Below, one piece after another: positions 1 through 16,906 of a stretch of DNA of 64,000 nt; position 1 is the first letter of the stretch; each line of letters opens with the position of its first letter. A model generated the notes under the pieces. That model did not search any database. It was not told where the DNA came from and saw only the letters and a program-made list of their open reading frames with translations. The translations under genes and the position numbers were made by a program. Origin of the DNA: an uncultured Gammaproteobacteria bacterium (GTDB lineage Bacteria > Pseudomonadota > Gammaproteobacteria > Steroidobacterales > Steroidobacteraceae); NCBI GenBank assembly GCA_963793895.1, contig CAWCBV010000004.1, positions 304,704 to 368,703 of the forward strand, in the 5' to 3' direction.

Positions 1-991
1 CCGCCTGCGCGAGGTCGTAGACCGCCATCACATAGCGCGCGCTGTTGTTATAGCGCGTGATCACGTAGAAGTTCTTGAAGCCGACGCGGTAGGCGGGACC
101 GTCATGCTGCTCGGCGGAGATGAGTACCACCGGGGTGTTGCCCGGCAGGTCGCCGTCCACCTTGACGCCGTGCGTGGCGAGGCTGTCGAGCGTCTCGTTG
201 AGCTCCAGGTTGTGCGAATCGATCTGGAAGGTCGGATCCGGGTCGAGGTGCACTTCGGCGAGCACGGGCGCGGCGGGAACCCAGCCGTACTCCTTCAGGT
301 AGTTGGCGACGCTGGCGAGGATGTCATCCCAGTCGCCCCACAGGTCGCGCGTCTTGTCGCTGTCCGCGTCGACCGCGAAACGGCGGTAGGCCGATGGCAT
401 GAACTGCGGCACGCCCATGGCGCCTGCGTACGAACCCAGGGTGGTTACAGGGTCGAGCTTGTTCTCGCGGGCGAGCAGCAGGAACTGCTCGAGCTCGGCA
501 CGAAAGTAGTTGCCGCGCTGCGGGTAGTCGAACGCCAGCGTCGCGAGCGCATCGAGCACGCGAAAGCGACCCGTCTGGCGCCCGTAGAAAGTCTCGACGC
601 CGATGATTGCGACCAGGTATTCGGGCGGCACCTGGTAGGTGGCCGCAACGCGCTCCAGCGCCACCTTGTGGTCGATCCAGAACTGCGCCCCGAGAGTGAT
701 GCGTTCGCTGGTCAGGAAGCGCTCGCGATATTCCCACCAGGGAGCCACCTTCTCGATCGGCCGGTTGATGAGGTCGAGGATTTTCTGCTGCGGCTGGGCC
801 TGGCGCAGCAGCACACGCAACTCATGGCGACTCAGACCGTCGCGTTCCGCCACCTCGTTTATGAAGTGCGCAATCTCCGGGCGCTTGACGTCAAACCCTG
901 CGGCGGGTGGGGTTTGCGGCTGCGCGAATGCGGGCGCGCACACGCACGCCAGCACCAACACGGCGAGCCAGGAAGCTAAGCGTTTGTTCAA
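1..991 (-). CDS. mltB: Lytic murein transglycosylase B; the start is in the window, the 3' end runs off the window edge
   Basis: The minus-strand frame is open from the window edge. My translation gives a signal peptide, (M)NKRLASWLAVLVLACVCAPAFA. It continues with ...IIGVETFYGR...GAMGVPQFMPS..., typical of the SLT_2/MltB family. The gene is absent from the ORF track because it is truncated. The putative TTG start at 991 directly abuts the rodA stop. Confidence 0.8.
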   Translation of the reverse strand, partial: MNKRLASWLAVLVLACVCAPAFAQPQTPPAAGFDVKRPEIAHFINEVAERDGLSRHELRVLLRQAQPQQKILDLINRPIEKVAPWWEYRERFLTSERITLGAQFWIDHKVALERVAATYQVPPEYLVAIIGVETFYGRQTGRFRVLDALATLAFDYPQRGNYFRAELEQFLLLARENKLDPVTTLGSYAGAMGVPQFMPSAYRRFAVDADSDKTRDLWGDWDDILASVANYLKEYGWVPAAPVLAEVHLDPDPTFQIDSHNLELNETLDSLATHGVKVDGDLPGNTPVVLISAEQHDGPAYRVGFKNFYVITRYNNSARYVMAVYDLAQA

Positions 992-2131
992 CTACGATCC
1001 GATGAGCTTGCGGCGGGAGTACAGCGCCATGAGAATACCGAAGCCCGCCAGGAGCGTCACGACCGAACTGCCGCCATAACTCACCAGCGGCAAGGGCACG
1101 CCGACCACCGGCAGAAGACCGGTCACCATGCCGGCGTTGATGAACACGTAGACGAAGAATGTCAGCGCGAGACTGCCGGCGAGCAGGCGCGCGAAAGTGT
1201 CCTGGGTCTGGGTCGCAAGATAGATGGCGCGGCCGACCACGAACGCGTAGAGGAGCAAGAGCAAGAGCAGGCCCAGCAGGCCAAACTCCTCGCCTACGAC
1301 CGCGAAAATGAAGTCGGTCGAGCGTTCGGGAAGGAATTCCAGCTGCGCCTGGCTGCCGTTCATCCACCCCTTGCCGAACACGCCGCCCGAGCCGATCGCG
1401 ATCTGTGACTGGATGATGTGATAGCCGGCGCCCAAAGGATCGGTCTGCGGATTGAGGAAGGTGAGTACGCGCTTGCGCTGATAGTCATGCATGAAGCTCC
1501 AGCCAAACCAGGCGGCGGCCGCGGCCAGCGCCAGCAGCGCCAGGATCACGCGGGCACGCAGTCCGGCGAGGATGATGACGAGTGCGCCCGCGGCGGCGAT
1601 CAGCGCCGCGGTCCCGAGGTCCGGCTGGATCGCTACCAGAGCCACCGGCACGAGAATCAGCGCGCCGAGCGTCGCGAGTGACACCCAGCCCGGCGGCAGC
1701 GGGCGCTCGTGCAGGTACCAGGCGCACATCATCGGCACCGACAGCTTCATGAGTTCGGAGGGCTGAAAGCGGAACAGCCCCAGGTCGAGCCAGCGTTGCG
1801 CGCCCATGCCGATGTGGCCGATCGCCACCACGATCACCAGCAGCACGCAGCCGCCGGCGTACAGCCAGGGCGCGGAGCGGCGCAGGAAGTTGGGATTGAC
1901 GCGCGCCAGCAGCAGCATCGCGACCGCGCCCAGGGCCAGGCGCGCCACGGTGCGCAGCAGCGTATTCATGCTCTGGCCCGAGGCGCTGTACAGGATGACC
2001 AGGCCGTAAACCGCGATCAGGGCGAGCCCGATCACCAGCGGCCCGTCGATTTTCAGTGCGAGCAGCACGCGCGCCGCGGTAGTGAGCGTGCGGCGCGTGC
2101 GTGAACCAGTGGTGACCTCTTCGTAGATCAT
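992..2131 (-). CDS. rodA: Rod shape-determining SEDS peptidoglycan glycosyltransferase RodA
   Basis: 379-aa polytopic membrane protein of the FtsW/RodA family. It lies downstream of mrdA with a 4-nt overlap, in the canonical mrdA-rodA order. Confidence 0.93.
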   Translation of the reverse strand: MIYEEVTTGSRTRRTLTTAARVLLALKIDGPLVIGLALIAVYGLVILYSASGQSMNTLLRTVARLALGAVAMLLLARVNPNFLRRSAPWLYAGGCVLLVIVVAIGHIGMGAQRWLDLGLFRFQPSELMKLSVPMMCAWYLHERPLPPGWVSLATLGALILVPVALVAIQPDLGTAALIAAAGALVIILAGLRARVILALLALAAAAAWFGWSFMHDYQRKRVLTFLNPQTDPLGAGYHIIQSQIAIGSGGVFGKGWMNGSQAQLEFLPERSTDFIFAVVGEEFGLLGLLLLLLLYAFVVGRAIYLATQTQDTFARLLAGSLALTFFVYVFINAGMVTGLLPVVGVPLPLVSYGGSSVVTLLAGFGILMALYSRRKLIGS

Positions 2132-4080
2132 GTCGTGTGGCTGGGTCCGGGGGCCGGTGTGGGCTCGGGTGCGATCGCGCTCGCCGGCGCCTTCAGCTTG
2201 CCGTCCGGGCCGAGCAGGTAGGCATCGAGCACCTTGCGTGCAACCGGTGCTGCGTTGCTCGCGCCCCAGCCGGCATTCTCGACCAGCACCGCGACCGCGA
2301 TGCGTGGCGCTTCCGCCGGCGCAAAGGCGACGAACCAGGCGTGATCGCGCAGCCGCTCGGGCACCGTGTTCGCGTTGTATTTCGCGTTCTGCGCCACCGT
2401 GAATACCTGGGCGGTGCCGGTCTTGCCGGCGGCCTGGTACGGTGCGTCCTTGAACATGGCCGCGGCGGTGCCGCAGTAGCGGGCGCAGTGCGTGGTACCG
2501 ACCATCGCCCCGATCACCACCGTCCAGTCGTCAGCGGACACGCCCTTGATCGGGGCTTCCTCGATCGGGGCCAGCCACTGCACGTGTCCGGATGCGTCGC
2601 GCACGCCCTTGATCAGGCGCGGACGAAAGTCGCGGCCGCGCTCGCCGAGGATCCCCGTGATGTGCGCAAGCTGGATGGGCGTCACCAGCAGGTAGCCCTG
2701 GCCGATGCCGATGTTGACCGTCTCGCCGGGGAACCAGACCTGGTCCTCGGGACGCTTGAACGTGCGGCGCTTCCACTCCGGGCTGGGCAACAAGCCCGCT
2801 TTCTCGCCGCTGATGTCAATGCCCGTGGGTTGGCCGTAGCCGAAGGGCCCAAGGAAGGCCGCGATGCGGTCGATTCCCAGCGTCGAAGCGAGCCGGTAGA
2901 AATACACGTCGGAGGAGCGCGCGATCGCCTCCGGCATGTCGAGCCAGCCGCGCGGCTCGGCCTTGTCCGCGCGCCACACGTGGCGGCTGCCCGGGAGGGA
3001 GAACACGCCGTTGCAGAACACCTTGGTGTCCACCGCGATTGTGTGGTCGGTAAGCGCGGCCAGCCCGAGCACCGGCTTGATGGTCGAGCCGGAAGGGTAG
3101 GCGCCGCGCAGTGCGCGGTTGAACAACGGGCGGTCGATGTCGTCGCGCAGCTCGCGGTACTCAGGTCCGGTGATGCCGCGCCCGAAGAGCGAGGGATCGA
3201 AGCCCGGCAGGCTCGCCAACGCGATGACATCGCCGTTGCCGGGGTCGAGCGCGACCACCGCGCCGCGGTGTCCCGCGAGCGCGCTCTCGGCAACGCGCTG
3301 CACGTTCAGGTCGATCGACAGCAGCAGATCGTCGCCGGCGATGGGCGACTTGTTATTCAGCTCCGGCACGAAGGCGCCCTGACGCGCCACCGAGCGGCCT
3401 TGCGCGTTCACCAGCACCTCACGGTTGCCGTTGATGCCGTGCAGCTGCTTCTCGTATGCGCTCTCGACCCCGAGCTTGCCGATGAGCGAGGTGCCGTTGT
3501 AGGCGGTGCGGTCGATGTGCTTGAGGTCTGTCTCGCTGATGGCGCCGACGTAGCCAAGTGCGTGCACCGCGAGCCCGCCGTTCGGGTACCAGCGCGTTTC
3601 GCGCGTTTTGATGTCGAGTCCCGGGAACTGGAAGCGCCGCACGGCAAAGCGCGCCACCTCCTCGTCCGACATGCGCAGGCGGATCGGCACGCTGTCAAAG
3701 CCGCGGCTCGAATCGATGGTGCGTTCCACCTCGTCGACATCGTCGGCGCGCAGCAGATCCAGCTGCACCAGGGCGTCGAGCGTCTTTTGCAGGTCCGGCA
3801 CTTCCTCCGGCACCAGCTCCAGCTGGTAGGCCGGCTGGTTGCCGGCGATCAGCTCGCCGCTGCGATCGAGGATCAGGCCGCGCGCCGCGGGGATCGGCTC
3901 GAGACGCACGCGGTTGCCCTGCGACAGATCCGAGTAGTAGTCATGCCGCACCACCTGCAGCATGAACAGGCGCGCGATCAGGCCGACGGTGGCGAGCCCC
4001 ATCAGGGCTGCGCAGATGAGCGAGCGCTGATCGAAGAGGCGCTGTTCGCGCCAGTGGTCCTTGATGCGCACGCTCGGCAT
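2128..4080 (-). CDS. mrdA: Penicillin-binding protein 2 (elongasome transpeptidase)
   Basis: 650-aa ORF with an N-terminal TM segment. It has a PBP dimerisation domain and a transpeptidase domain (STIKP motif seen). It sits between mreD and rodA. Confidence 0.93.
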   Translation of the reverse strand: MPSVRIKDHWREQRLFDQRSLICAALMGLATVGLIARLFMLQVVRHDYYSDLSQGNRVRLEPIPAARGLILDRSGELIAGNQPAYQLELVPEEVPDLQKTLDALVQLDLLRADDVDEVERTIDSSRGFDSVPIRLRMSDEEVARFAVRRFQFPGLDIKTRETRWYPNGGLAVHALGYVGAISETDLKHIDRTAYNGTSLIGKLGVESAYEKQLHGINGNREVLVNAQGRSVARQGAFVPELNNKSPIAGDDLLLSIDLNVQRVAESALAGHRGAVVALDPGNGDVIALASLPGFDPSLFGRGITGPEYRELRDDIDRPLFNRALRGAYPSGSTIKPVLGLAALTDHTIAVDTKVFCNGVFSLPGSRHVWRADKAEPRGWLDMPEAIARSSDVYFYRLASTLGIDRIAAFLGPFGYGQPTGIDISGEKAGLLPSPEWKRRTFKRPEDQVWFPGETVNIGIGQGYLLVTPIQLAHITGILGERGRDFRPRLIKGVRDASGHVQWLAPIEEAPIKGVSADDWTVVIGAMVGTTHCARYCGTAAAMFKDAPYQAAGKTGTAQVFTVAQNAKYNANTVPERLRDHAWFVAFAPAEAPRIAVAVLVENAGWGASNAAPVARKVLDAYLLGPDGKLKAPASAIAPEPTPAPGPSHTT

Positions 4081-4081
4081 G

Positions 4082-4555
4082 TCAGGATCGCCGGCCGGCG
4101 ACGTACGCGAGGATAGCCGCGGCCGGCGGCCAGATGAGTGCGCCGGTCAGGGTGTGCACCCAGCGCTGCGGAGTCGTCACCGCGTGTCCGGTCCAGCCAT
4201 CGATCATGAACAGCACGATCTCGTAAACGACGAGCGCCGCGAACACGATGAGCGCCTGCTGGATCGCGGGCTTGGAGCGGATTCGCTGATGCTCGCGCAC
4301 CGCGATGTAGGTGACCAGCGCCAGCGCCAGCGCGTGCTCCCCGAGCACCGGACCCTGAAAGACATCGAGCGCGAGGCCGGCGAAGAACCCGAACGCGATA
4401 CCGCCGGTGCGCGGTGCGTTCACGGACCAGTAGAGCACCGTCAGCACCAGGAACGCCGGGCGCAGCATGTCGAGCCACGGCGGCAGCGGCAGCACCGTGA
4501 GCACCAGCGCCACGAACGCGCTGAAAAACAGCCGGCCGCGGCCCTCCGGCTTCAT
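4082..4555 (-). CDS. mreD: Rod shape-determining protein MreD
   Basis: 157-aa very hydrophobic protein. It overlaps the mreC stop by 4 nt and ends 2 nt before the mrdA start. Confidence 0.85.
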   Translation of the reverse strand: MKPEGRGRLFFSAFVALVLTVLPLPPWLDMLRPAFLVLTVLYWSVNAPRTGGIAFGFFAGLALDVFQGPVLGEHALALALVTYIAVREHQRIRSKPAIQQALIVFAALVVYEIVLFMIDGWTGHAVTTPQRWVHTLTGALIWPPAAAILAYVAGRRS

Positions 4556-5589
4556 TGTTCGCCCTCTGGCGCGGCAGGTGATGCCGTCGGCGGCGGTGGC
4601 GTGGCTGTTGGCGGGGCGGTGGCTCCTTGCGCGGCGGCGCGAGGCTCCGCCACCGCTCGCGGGGCATGCGCCTGGGGCTGCATGTCGCGGTTGCCGCTCT
4701 TCAGATCACCGCCGAGCGTGTTGGGTACGGGCGCCGCCGGGTGACCGGCGCGGAACCACACCAGCATCACCTCGGAGTCTGAGTCGATATGGGCGAGGGG
4801 CGCCGCGCGCACCTGCGCCAGTGGCTGCACCGCATCGCGGTGCACTTCGGTGACGCGGGCCACCGGGTAGCCTTCCGGAAAGACCCCGCCGAGGCCCGAG
4901 GTTACCAGCAGGTCGCCCGCCCTGATGTCGGCGTTGCCAGGCAGGTACGGCAACGCGAGCGAGGTGGCATCTCCTGCACCCACGGCAATGGTGCGCAGTC
5001 CCGTGCGCTCGACCCGCACCGGCAGGGCGTGTTCCGGGTCCGTGATGAGGATGACTTCCGCACTCCAGGGTCCGATATGCGTCGTCTGACCGACCAGGCC
5101 CTTGTCATCGAGCACGGCCTGGGCCGCGAACACGCCGTTGGCGGCGCCGCGGTTGATGAGCAGCTTCTGCCGCAGGCTGTTCAGCTGGATATTGACGATC
5201 TCGGCGGCGAGCCAGTGGTCGACGACCGGGGGCAGAGCCGCGTGCAGCCCGCGCAATTCGCCGTTCTCGCGCGCCAGCGCATCGTAGCGCATGGCGAGCA
5301 CTTCGAGGTCGCGTTGCTGTGCGCGCAGGCGCGCGTTCTCAGCCTGCAGCGCGGCGCGCGCCTGGAAGGTTTCGCGCAGCCAGGCCAAGGCGGCGGCCGG
5401 AGAGCTGACGGCGAGCTGGATCGGATAGGCCGTGGCCTGCAGGACGTAGCGCACCTGCTCGAGGTAGTGCGCCCTCTGGTCGAGGTACATGACCATGACC
5501 GCGAGCATCGCGTAGAGGGTGAAGCGAAAGCCGGCGGAGCCACCGCGCGCCTGCAGGGGTCTGCCGCCGCCTGTCCCGAAAGCGGCCAC
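4552..5589 (-). CDS. mreC: Rod shape-determining protein MreC, with an Ala/Pro-rich C-terminal tail
   Basis: 345 aa with an N-terminal TM, a coiled-coil segment (ALQAENARLRAQQRDLE) and a beta-barrel region. It sits in the mreBCD position. Confidence 0.9.
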   Translation of the reverse strand: MAAFGTGGGRPLQARGGSAGFRFTLYAMLAVMVMYLDQRAHYLEQVRYVLQATAYPIQLAVSSPAAALAWLRETFQARAALQAENARLRAQQRDLEVLAMRYDALARENGELRGLHAALPPVVDHWLAAEIVNIQLNSLRQKLLINRGAANGVFAAQAVLDDKGLVGQTTHIGPWSAEVILITDPEHALPVRVERTGLRTIAVGAGDATSLALPYLPGNADIRAGDLLVTSGLGGVFPEGYPVARVTEVHRDAVQPLAQVRAAPLAHIDSDSEVMLVWFRAGHPAAPVPNTLGGDLKSGNRDMQPQAHAPRAVAEPRAAAQGATAPPTATPPPPTASPAAPEGEQ

Positions 5590-5616
5590 CTAAGACCCGC
5601 GCGCTCCCTTATCCAT

Positions 5617-5703
5617 TTGGCCAGAATCACCGGTGGTGATTCTGGCGGACAGTAGCTTCGTTTCCGCCGGCAAAAGGCGCGGCTTTTGCCGGCTGCGGTG
5701 GTG
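5617..5703. repeat. 87-nt REP-like intergenic element with three hairpins, copy 1 (between mreB and mreC)
   Basis: Hairpins at 5620-5646 (12-bp stem), about 5644-5668, and 5666-5693 (11-bp stem). It is collinear with the same-length copy at 16798-16884, with compensatory stem changes. Confidence 0.7.
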
Positions 5704-5710
5704 CGACACG

Positions 5711-6802
<1,092 letters not shown>

Positions 6803-6888
6803 CTAGCAACCGACAGGACATTGAGCAAGGCAACATGTATGATTTTGCGCAGGTTTTCTCATTTCATCCACGCATCCTCTCCACTCCC

Positions 6889-7179
6889 ATGAGCCTCACA
6901 CGCGAGCAGATCGCAAGCATCGCCGCCCTGGCGCGCCTGGAACTCACCGCGGCCGAAATTCCGGTGTACCAGGAGACACTGTCGCGGATTGTCGACTTCA
7001 TCGGCGCCCTGGAGCGCGCCCCTACCGCCGGCGTCGCCCCGATGGCGCATCCGCTGCCGGGACTCTCGCAGCGCCTGCGGCCCGACCTGGTGACCGAGGT
7101 GGACCGTCACGAGGAGTACCAGTCGAACGCGCCGCTTACTGCGGCCGGGCTGTACCTCGTTCCCAGGGTCATCGAGTGA
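6889..7179 (+). CDS. gatC: Asp/Glu-tRNA amidotransferase subunit C
   Basis: [23 protein letters not shown]... is a typical GatC. I chose the internal ATG at 6889 within ORF 6835-7179. The gene lies immediately upstream of gatA. Confidence 0.9.
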   Translation: MSLTREQIASIAALARLELTAAEIPVYQETLSRIVDFIGALERAPTAGVAPMAHPLPGLSQRLRPDLVTEVDRHEEYQSNAPLTAAGLYLVPRVIE

Positions 7180-7186
7180 GGCTCAG

Positions 7187-8650
7187 GTGAGCGATCTGCA
7201 CACCGCCACCGTCACGCAGCTGGCCGCCGGGCTCAAGGCGCGCAAGTTCTCCAGCGTCGAACTCGTGACGGCGCTGCTGGCGCGCATCGAGCGTGCCCAG
7301 GGGGCCCTCAATGCGTTCATATCGGTGACGCGCGAGCCGGCGCTCGCGGCGGCCGCGGCTGCCGATCGTGCCCTCGCTGGGACTGGCGCCGGCGCGCTGA
7401 CCGGCGTGCCCATCGCCCACAAGGACATCTTCTGCACCCTGGGCGTACGCACCACCTGCGGCTCGCGCATGCTCGAGAATTTCGTCTCGCCCTACGACGC
7501 CACGGTGGTCGCGAAGCTCAAGGGTGCGGGCGCGGTGATGCTCGGCAAGACCAACATGGACGAGTTCGCGATGGGCTCCTCCAACGAGAACAGCTACTTC
7601 GGGCCGGTGCGCAATCCCTGGGACCCGCAGCTCGTGCCCGGGGGCTCCTCCGGCGGTTCAGCGGCCGCGGTAGCGGCGCGCCTCATTCCCGGGGCGACCG
7701 CCACCGACACCGGCGGCTCGATCCGCCAGCCGGCGGCGCTGTGCGGCGTCACGGGATTGAAGCCCACCTACGGGCGCGTCTCGCGCTACGGCATGATCGC
7801 CTTTGCCTCGAGTCTCGACCAGGCCGGTGTGCTGACGGTGAGCGCGGCGGATGCGGCGCTGATGCTGCGCGAAATGGCGGGCTTCGACGCCAATGATTCC
7901 ACCAGCGTGGACGCACCGGTGCCCGACTATGTCGCCGCGCTCGAGCAGCCGCTCGCGGGCCTGAAGATCGGGCTGCTGCAGGAGTTCTTCGACCAGGGCC
8001 TGGATCCGCAAAACGAGCTGCGGGTGCGCGAGGCGCTGAAAGTGTACGAGCAGCTGGGAGCTAAGCTCACGAGCGTGAGCCTGCCGAACCTGCCGCTGTC
8101 GGTGCCGGTGTACTACGTCGTCGCGCCCGCCGAGTGCTCCTCGAACCTCGCGCGCTTCGACGGCGTGCGCTTCGGCCACCGCTGCGAGAACCCGCGCGAC
8201 CTCAGCGACCTTTACCGGCGCTCGCGCGGCGAGGGTTTCGGCGCGGAAGTGAAGCGACGCATCATGACCGGCACCTACGTGCTCTCGGCCGGCTACTATG
8301 ACGCCTACTATCTGAAGGCGCAGCGCGTGCGGCAGCTCATCAGCGCCGATTTTACCCGCGCCTTCCAGGACGTGGACGTGCTCATGGGGCCCACGACACC
8401 CACACCGGCTTTCGCAATCGGTGCGAAGACGGCCGATCCCATCACCATGTACCTGAACGACATCTACACCATCGGTGCGAACCTGGCGGGACTGCCCGCG
8501 GTGTCGATTCCCTGCGGCTTTGTGCGCGATCTGCCGGTCGGCCTGCAGATCGTCGGCCCGCATTTCAGCGAGGCGCGCATTCTCGCCGCCGCGCATGCCC
8601 TGCAGCGCGCCACCGACTGGCACACGCGCCTGCCGCCGGGGTACGCATGA
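7187..8650 (+). CDS. gatA: Asp/Glu-tRNA amidotransferase subunit A
   Basis: 487 aa with the amidase signature ([12 protein letters not shown]). It is in gatCAB order. Confidence 0.95.
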   Translation: MSDLHTATVTQLAAGLKARKFSSVELVTALLARIERAQGALNAFISVTREPALAAAAAADRALAGTGAGALTGVPIAHKDIFCTLGVRTTCGSRMLENFVSPYDATVVAKLKGAGAVMLGKTNMDEFAMGSSNENSYFGPVRNPWDPQLVPGGSSGGSAAAVAARLIPGATATDTGGSIRQPAALCGVTGLKPTYGRVSRYGMIAFASSLDQAGVLTVSAADAALMLREMAGFDANDSTSVDAPVPDYVAALEQPLAGLKIGLLQEFFDQGLDPQNELRVREALKVYEQLGAKLTSVSLPNLPLSVPVYYVVAPAECSSNLARFDGVRFGHRCENPRDLSDLYRRSRGEGFGAEVKRRIMTGTYVLSAGYYDAYYLKAQRVRQLISADFTRAFQDVDVLMGPTTPTPAFAIGAKTADPITMYLNDIYTIGANLAGLPAVSIPCGFVRDLPVGLQIVGPHFSEARILAAAHALQRATDWHTRLPPGYA

Positions 8651-10083
8651 GCGCCTGGGAAACGGTTATCGGGCTTGAGATCCACGCGCAGCTCAGCACC
8701 CGCTCCAAGATCTTCTCCGGTTCCGCGACCGCGTATGGAGCGCCTCCCAACGCGCAGGCGAATCTGGTCGACCTGGGTTACCCGGGTGTGCTGCCGGTGC
8801 TGAACGCGGAAGCGGTGCGCATGGCGGTCAAGCTCGGACTTGCGATCAACGCGCGCATCGCACCGCACTCGGTATTCGCCCGCAAGAACTACTTCTACCC
8901 GGACCTGCCGAAGGGCTACCAGATCAGCCAGTACGAGCTGCCGATCGTCGCCAATGGCACGCTCGACATCCAGCTCGAGGACGGGAGTAAGAAGCGCATT
9001 GGCATCACGCGCGCGCACCTCGAGGAGGACGCGGGCAAGTCGCTGCACGAGGGGCTGCCCGGGGTCACCGGCATCGACCTGAACCGCGCCGGTACACCGC
9101 TGGTGGAGATCGTATCCGAGCCGGACATGCGCTCGGCAAAGGAAGCCGTCGCCTACATGAAAAAGGTGCACACCCTGGTGCGCTATCTGGAGATCTGCGA
9201 CGGCAATATGCAGGAGGGCTCGTTCCGCTGTGACGCCAACGTCTCGGTGCGCAAGGCCGGCGCGGACAGGTTCGGCACGCGCGCGGAGATCAAGAACCTC
9301 AACTCCTTCCGCTACATCGAGCGCGCCATCAATTTCGAGGTGGAGCGGCAGATCGAGCTCATCGAATCCGGCGGCAAGGTGGTGCAGGAGACGCGCCTTT
9401 ACGATCCGGACAAGGGCGAGACGCGCTCCATGCGCTCCAAGGAAGAAGCCAACGACTACCGCTACTTCCCCGACCCGGACCTGCTGCCGGTGGTGCTCGA
9501 GGAAAGTTTCATCGACTCGGTGCGCAGGAGCCTGCCGGAACTGCCGGATCACAAGGCCGCGCGCTTCGTCTCGCAGTTCGCCCTGTCGGCCTACGATGCG
9601 GCGGTGCTCACGGCCAGCCGGGAGCTCGCCGACTACTACGAGGGCGTGGTGCACGAGGCGCCCCAGGAGCCGAAGCTCGCCGCCAACTGGGTCATGGGGG
9701 ATTTCGCAGCCGCGCTCAATCGGGAAAATCTCGACGTCACCGCCGGCAAGATGCCGGCCGCGCGTCTCGGGGGACTTCTGAAGCGCATCAGCGATCAGAC
9801 AATCTCCGGCAAGATCGCCAAGGACGTGTTCGAGACCATGTGGTCGGACGGGACGGAAGCGGATGCGGTAATCGCCCAGAAGGGACTGCGGCAAATCACC
9901 GATGCGGCCGCCATTGAACGCGTCATCGACGAGGTGATGGCGAAGAATCCCGGCCAGCTCGCCGACTACCGCGCGGGCAAGGACAAGCTGTTCGGCTTTT
10001 TTGTCGGCCAGGTGATGAAGGCGACCGGCGGCAAGGCAAACCCTGCGCAGCTGAACGAGCTGTTGCTGCGGAAGCTGAAATGA
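8647..10083 (+). CDS. gatB: Asp/Glu-tRNA amidotransferase subunit B
   Basis: 478 aa. [16 protein letters not shown]... is a canonical GatB N-terminus. There is a 4-nt overlap with gatA. Confidence 0.95.
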   Translation: MSAWETVIGLEIHAQLSTRSKIFSGSATAYGAPPNAQANLVDLGYPGVLPVLNAEAVRMAVKLGLAINARIAPHSVFARKNYFYPDLPKGYQISQYELPIVANGTLDIQLEDGSKKRIGITRAHLEEDAGKSLHEGLPGVTGIDLNRAGTPLVEIVSEPDMRSAKEAVAYMKKVHTLVRYLEICDGNMQEGSFRCDANVSVRKAGADRFGTRAEIKNLNSFRYIERAINFEVERQIELIESGGKVVQETRLYDPDKGETRSMRSKEEANDYRYFPDPDLLPVVLEESFIDSVRRSLPELPDHKAARFVSQFALSAYDAAVLTASRELADYYEGVVHEAPQEPKLAANWVMGDFAAALNRENLDVTAGKMPAARLGGLLKRISDQTISGKIAKDVFETMWSDGTEADAVIAQKGLRQITDAAAIERVIDEVMAKNPGQLADYRAGKDKLFGFFVGQVMKATGGKANPAQLNELLLRKLK

Positions 10084-10991
10084 CCGATCTCGTGCGCCGC
10101 TTCATCTTCGAAAAGCGGCCGGTGCGCGGCCACTGGGTGCACCTTCAGAGCGCGTGGCGCGACCTGCGCGCCCACACCGATTACCCGCCGGCGGTCAGGG
10201 AGCTCCTCGGCCAGGCGGTGGCGGCCTCGGTGCTGCTCGCCGCCACCTTGAAGTTCCGCGGCACGCTGACTTTCCAGCTGCAAGGCGACGGCGCGCTGAA
10301 CCTGCTGGTGGCGCAGTGCACCCATGATTTCCGCCTGCGCGCGGTGGCGCGCTTTGATGACGCGGCGGTGCGGGAGATTGCAGCTGACACGCGCCGCGGC
10401 GCCGTGTTTCGCCGGCTCGTCGGCGCCGACGGCAAGATCACGGTCACCATCGAAGCGGATGAGAAGAGCATGCGCTACCAGGGCATCGTGCCCCTGTCCG
10501 GCACCTCGCTCGCGGAATCGCTGGAGGCGTACTTCGCTTCGTCCGAGCAGCTGCCGACGCGGGTGCTGCTCGGCGCCGACGATACCGCTAGCGCGGGGCT
10601 CCTGGTGCAGCGCCTCCCGGACGCCGGCGCGGACACGTCCGAGGAAGTGGCCCTGGCGTGGGGCGTGGCACAGCGCGGAATCGAGTCTCTGGACCCATCG
10701 GCGCTGCTGCAGGTGCCGGTCGAGAAGTTGCTCGCGCAGGGCTTTCCGGGAAGCGATCTGCGCCTCTTCCGCGGGACACCGGTGCTGTTCGAGTGCCGCT
10801 GCAGTTCCGGGAGGGTCGCGGGCCTGCTGCGCGCCCTCGGCGAGGACGAGGTGCGTGGCGTACTAAAAGAGCAGGGCGCGGTAACCGTAACCTGCGAGTT
10901 CTGCCGCCGTCCGTATCGCTTTAATGCGTCGGACGTCGAGACCCTGTTTTCGCAGGGTCAGGCTGAGGGTGGATCCGCTGCGATCCACTAG
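10080..10991 (+). CDS. hslO: Redox-regulated chaperone Hsp33
   Basis: 303 aa. The C-terminal zinc-centre cysteines are present: CRC at FECRCS and CxxC at [10 protein letters not shown]. There is a 4-nt overlap with gatB. Confidence 0.88.
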   Translation: MTDLVRRFIFEKRPVRGHWVHLQSAWRDLRAHTDYPPAVRELLGQAVAASVLLAATLKFRGTLTFQLQGDGALNLLVAQCTHDFRLRAVARFDDAAVREIAADTRRGAVFRRLVGADGKITVTIEADEKSMRYQGIVPLSGTSLAESLEAYFASSEQLPTRVLLGADDTASAGLLVQRLPDAGADTSEEVALAWGVAQRGIESLDPSALLQVPVEKLLAQGFPGSDLRLFRGTPVLFECRCSSGRVAGLLRALGEDEVRGVLKEQGAVTVTCEFCRRPYRFNASDVETLFSQGQAEGGSAAIH

Positions 10992-11139
10992 AGCCCAAAA
11001 GCGACGTACTGTCGCATTAGTCGAACAATAGGCGTCAATTATCCGGACGCCCTGCCTCGGGCGGCCGCCTGACCCAGCCATTCGGTTGGAGCGCGGTTTC
11101 AGCGCTTCCCCTGATAGTTAAAGATTTGTACAATTCATC

Positions 11140-16792
<5,653 letters not shown>

Positions 16793-16797
16793 GTTTA

Positions 16798-16884
16798 TTG
16801 GCCAAAATCGCCTGCGGCGATTTTGGCAGACATCAGCTTCGTTGCCACCGGCGAAAGGCGTGACTTTCGCCGGCTACGGCGGTG
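16798..16884. repeat. 87-nt REP-like intergenic element with three hairpins, copy 2 (between convergent metH and mtgA)
   Basis: Hairpins at 16801-16827 (12-bp stem) and 16848-16873 (10-bp stem). It has the same length and order as the copy at 5617-5703, with covarying stem positions. Confidence 0.7.
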
Positions 16885-16906
16885 ACCATACGGTCGGGCC
16901 GCGGCG

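Noticed and set aside
104-979. 291-aa plus-strand ORF at the window start
   Set aside because: It is antisense to the truncated mltB gene. The minus-strand translation carries clear SLT_2/MltB motifs and a signal peptide.
2137-4116. 659-aa plus-strand ORF
   Set aside because: It is antisense to mrdA (PBP2). The product is low-complexity and Arg-rich, so it is a shadow ORF.
8464-9894. 476-aa minus-strand ORF. Similar long antisense ORFs lie at 18475-19524, 21871-22995, 27125-28441, 29968-31581, 33015-34226 and 42033-42944.
   Set aside because: Each lies opposite a confidently identified gene: gatB, prmC and the membrane gene, moxR, the TPR gene, ispE/prs, ychF and mlaE. Each has the Arg/Gly/Ala-biased composition of non-coding frames.
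10992-11139. SAH riboswitch or terminator upstream of the SahR-like gene
   Set aside because: Only a 5-bp AGCGC/GCGCT hairpin is present. There is no match to the SAH-riboswitch conserved core that I can recognise, and no U-tract.
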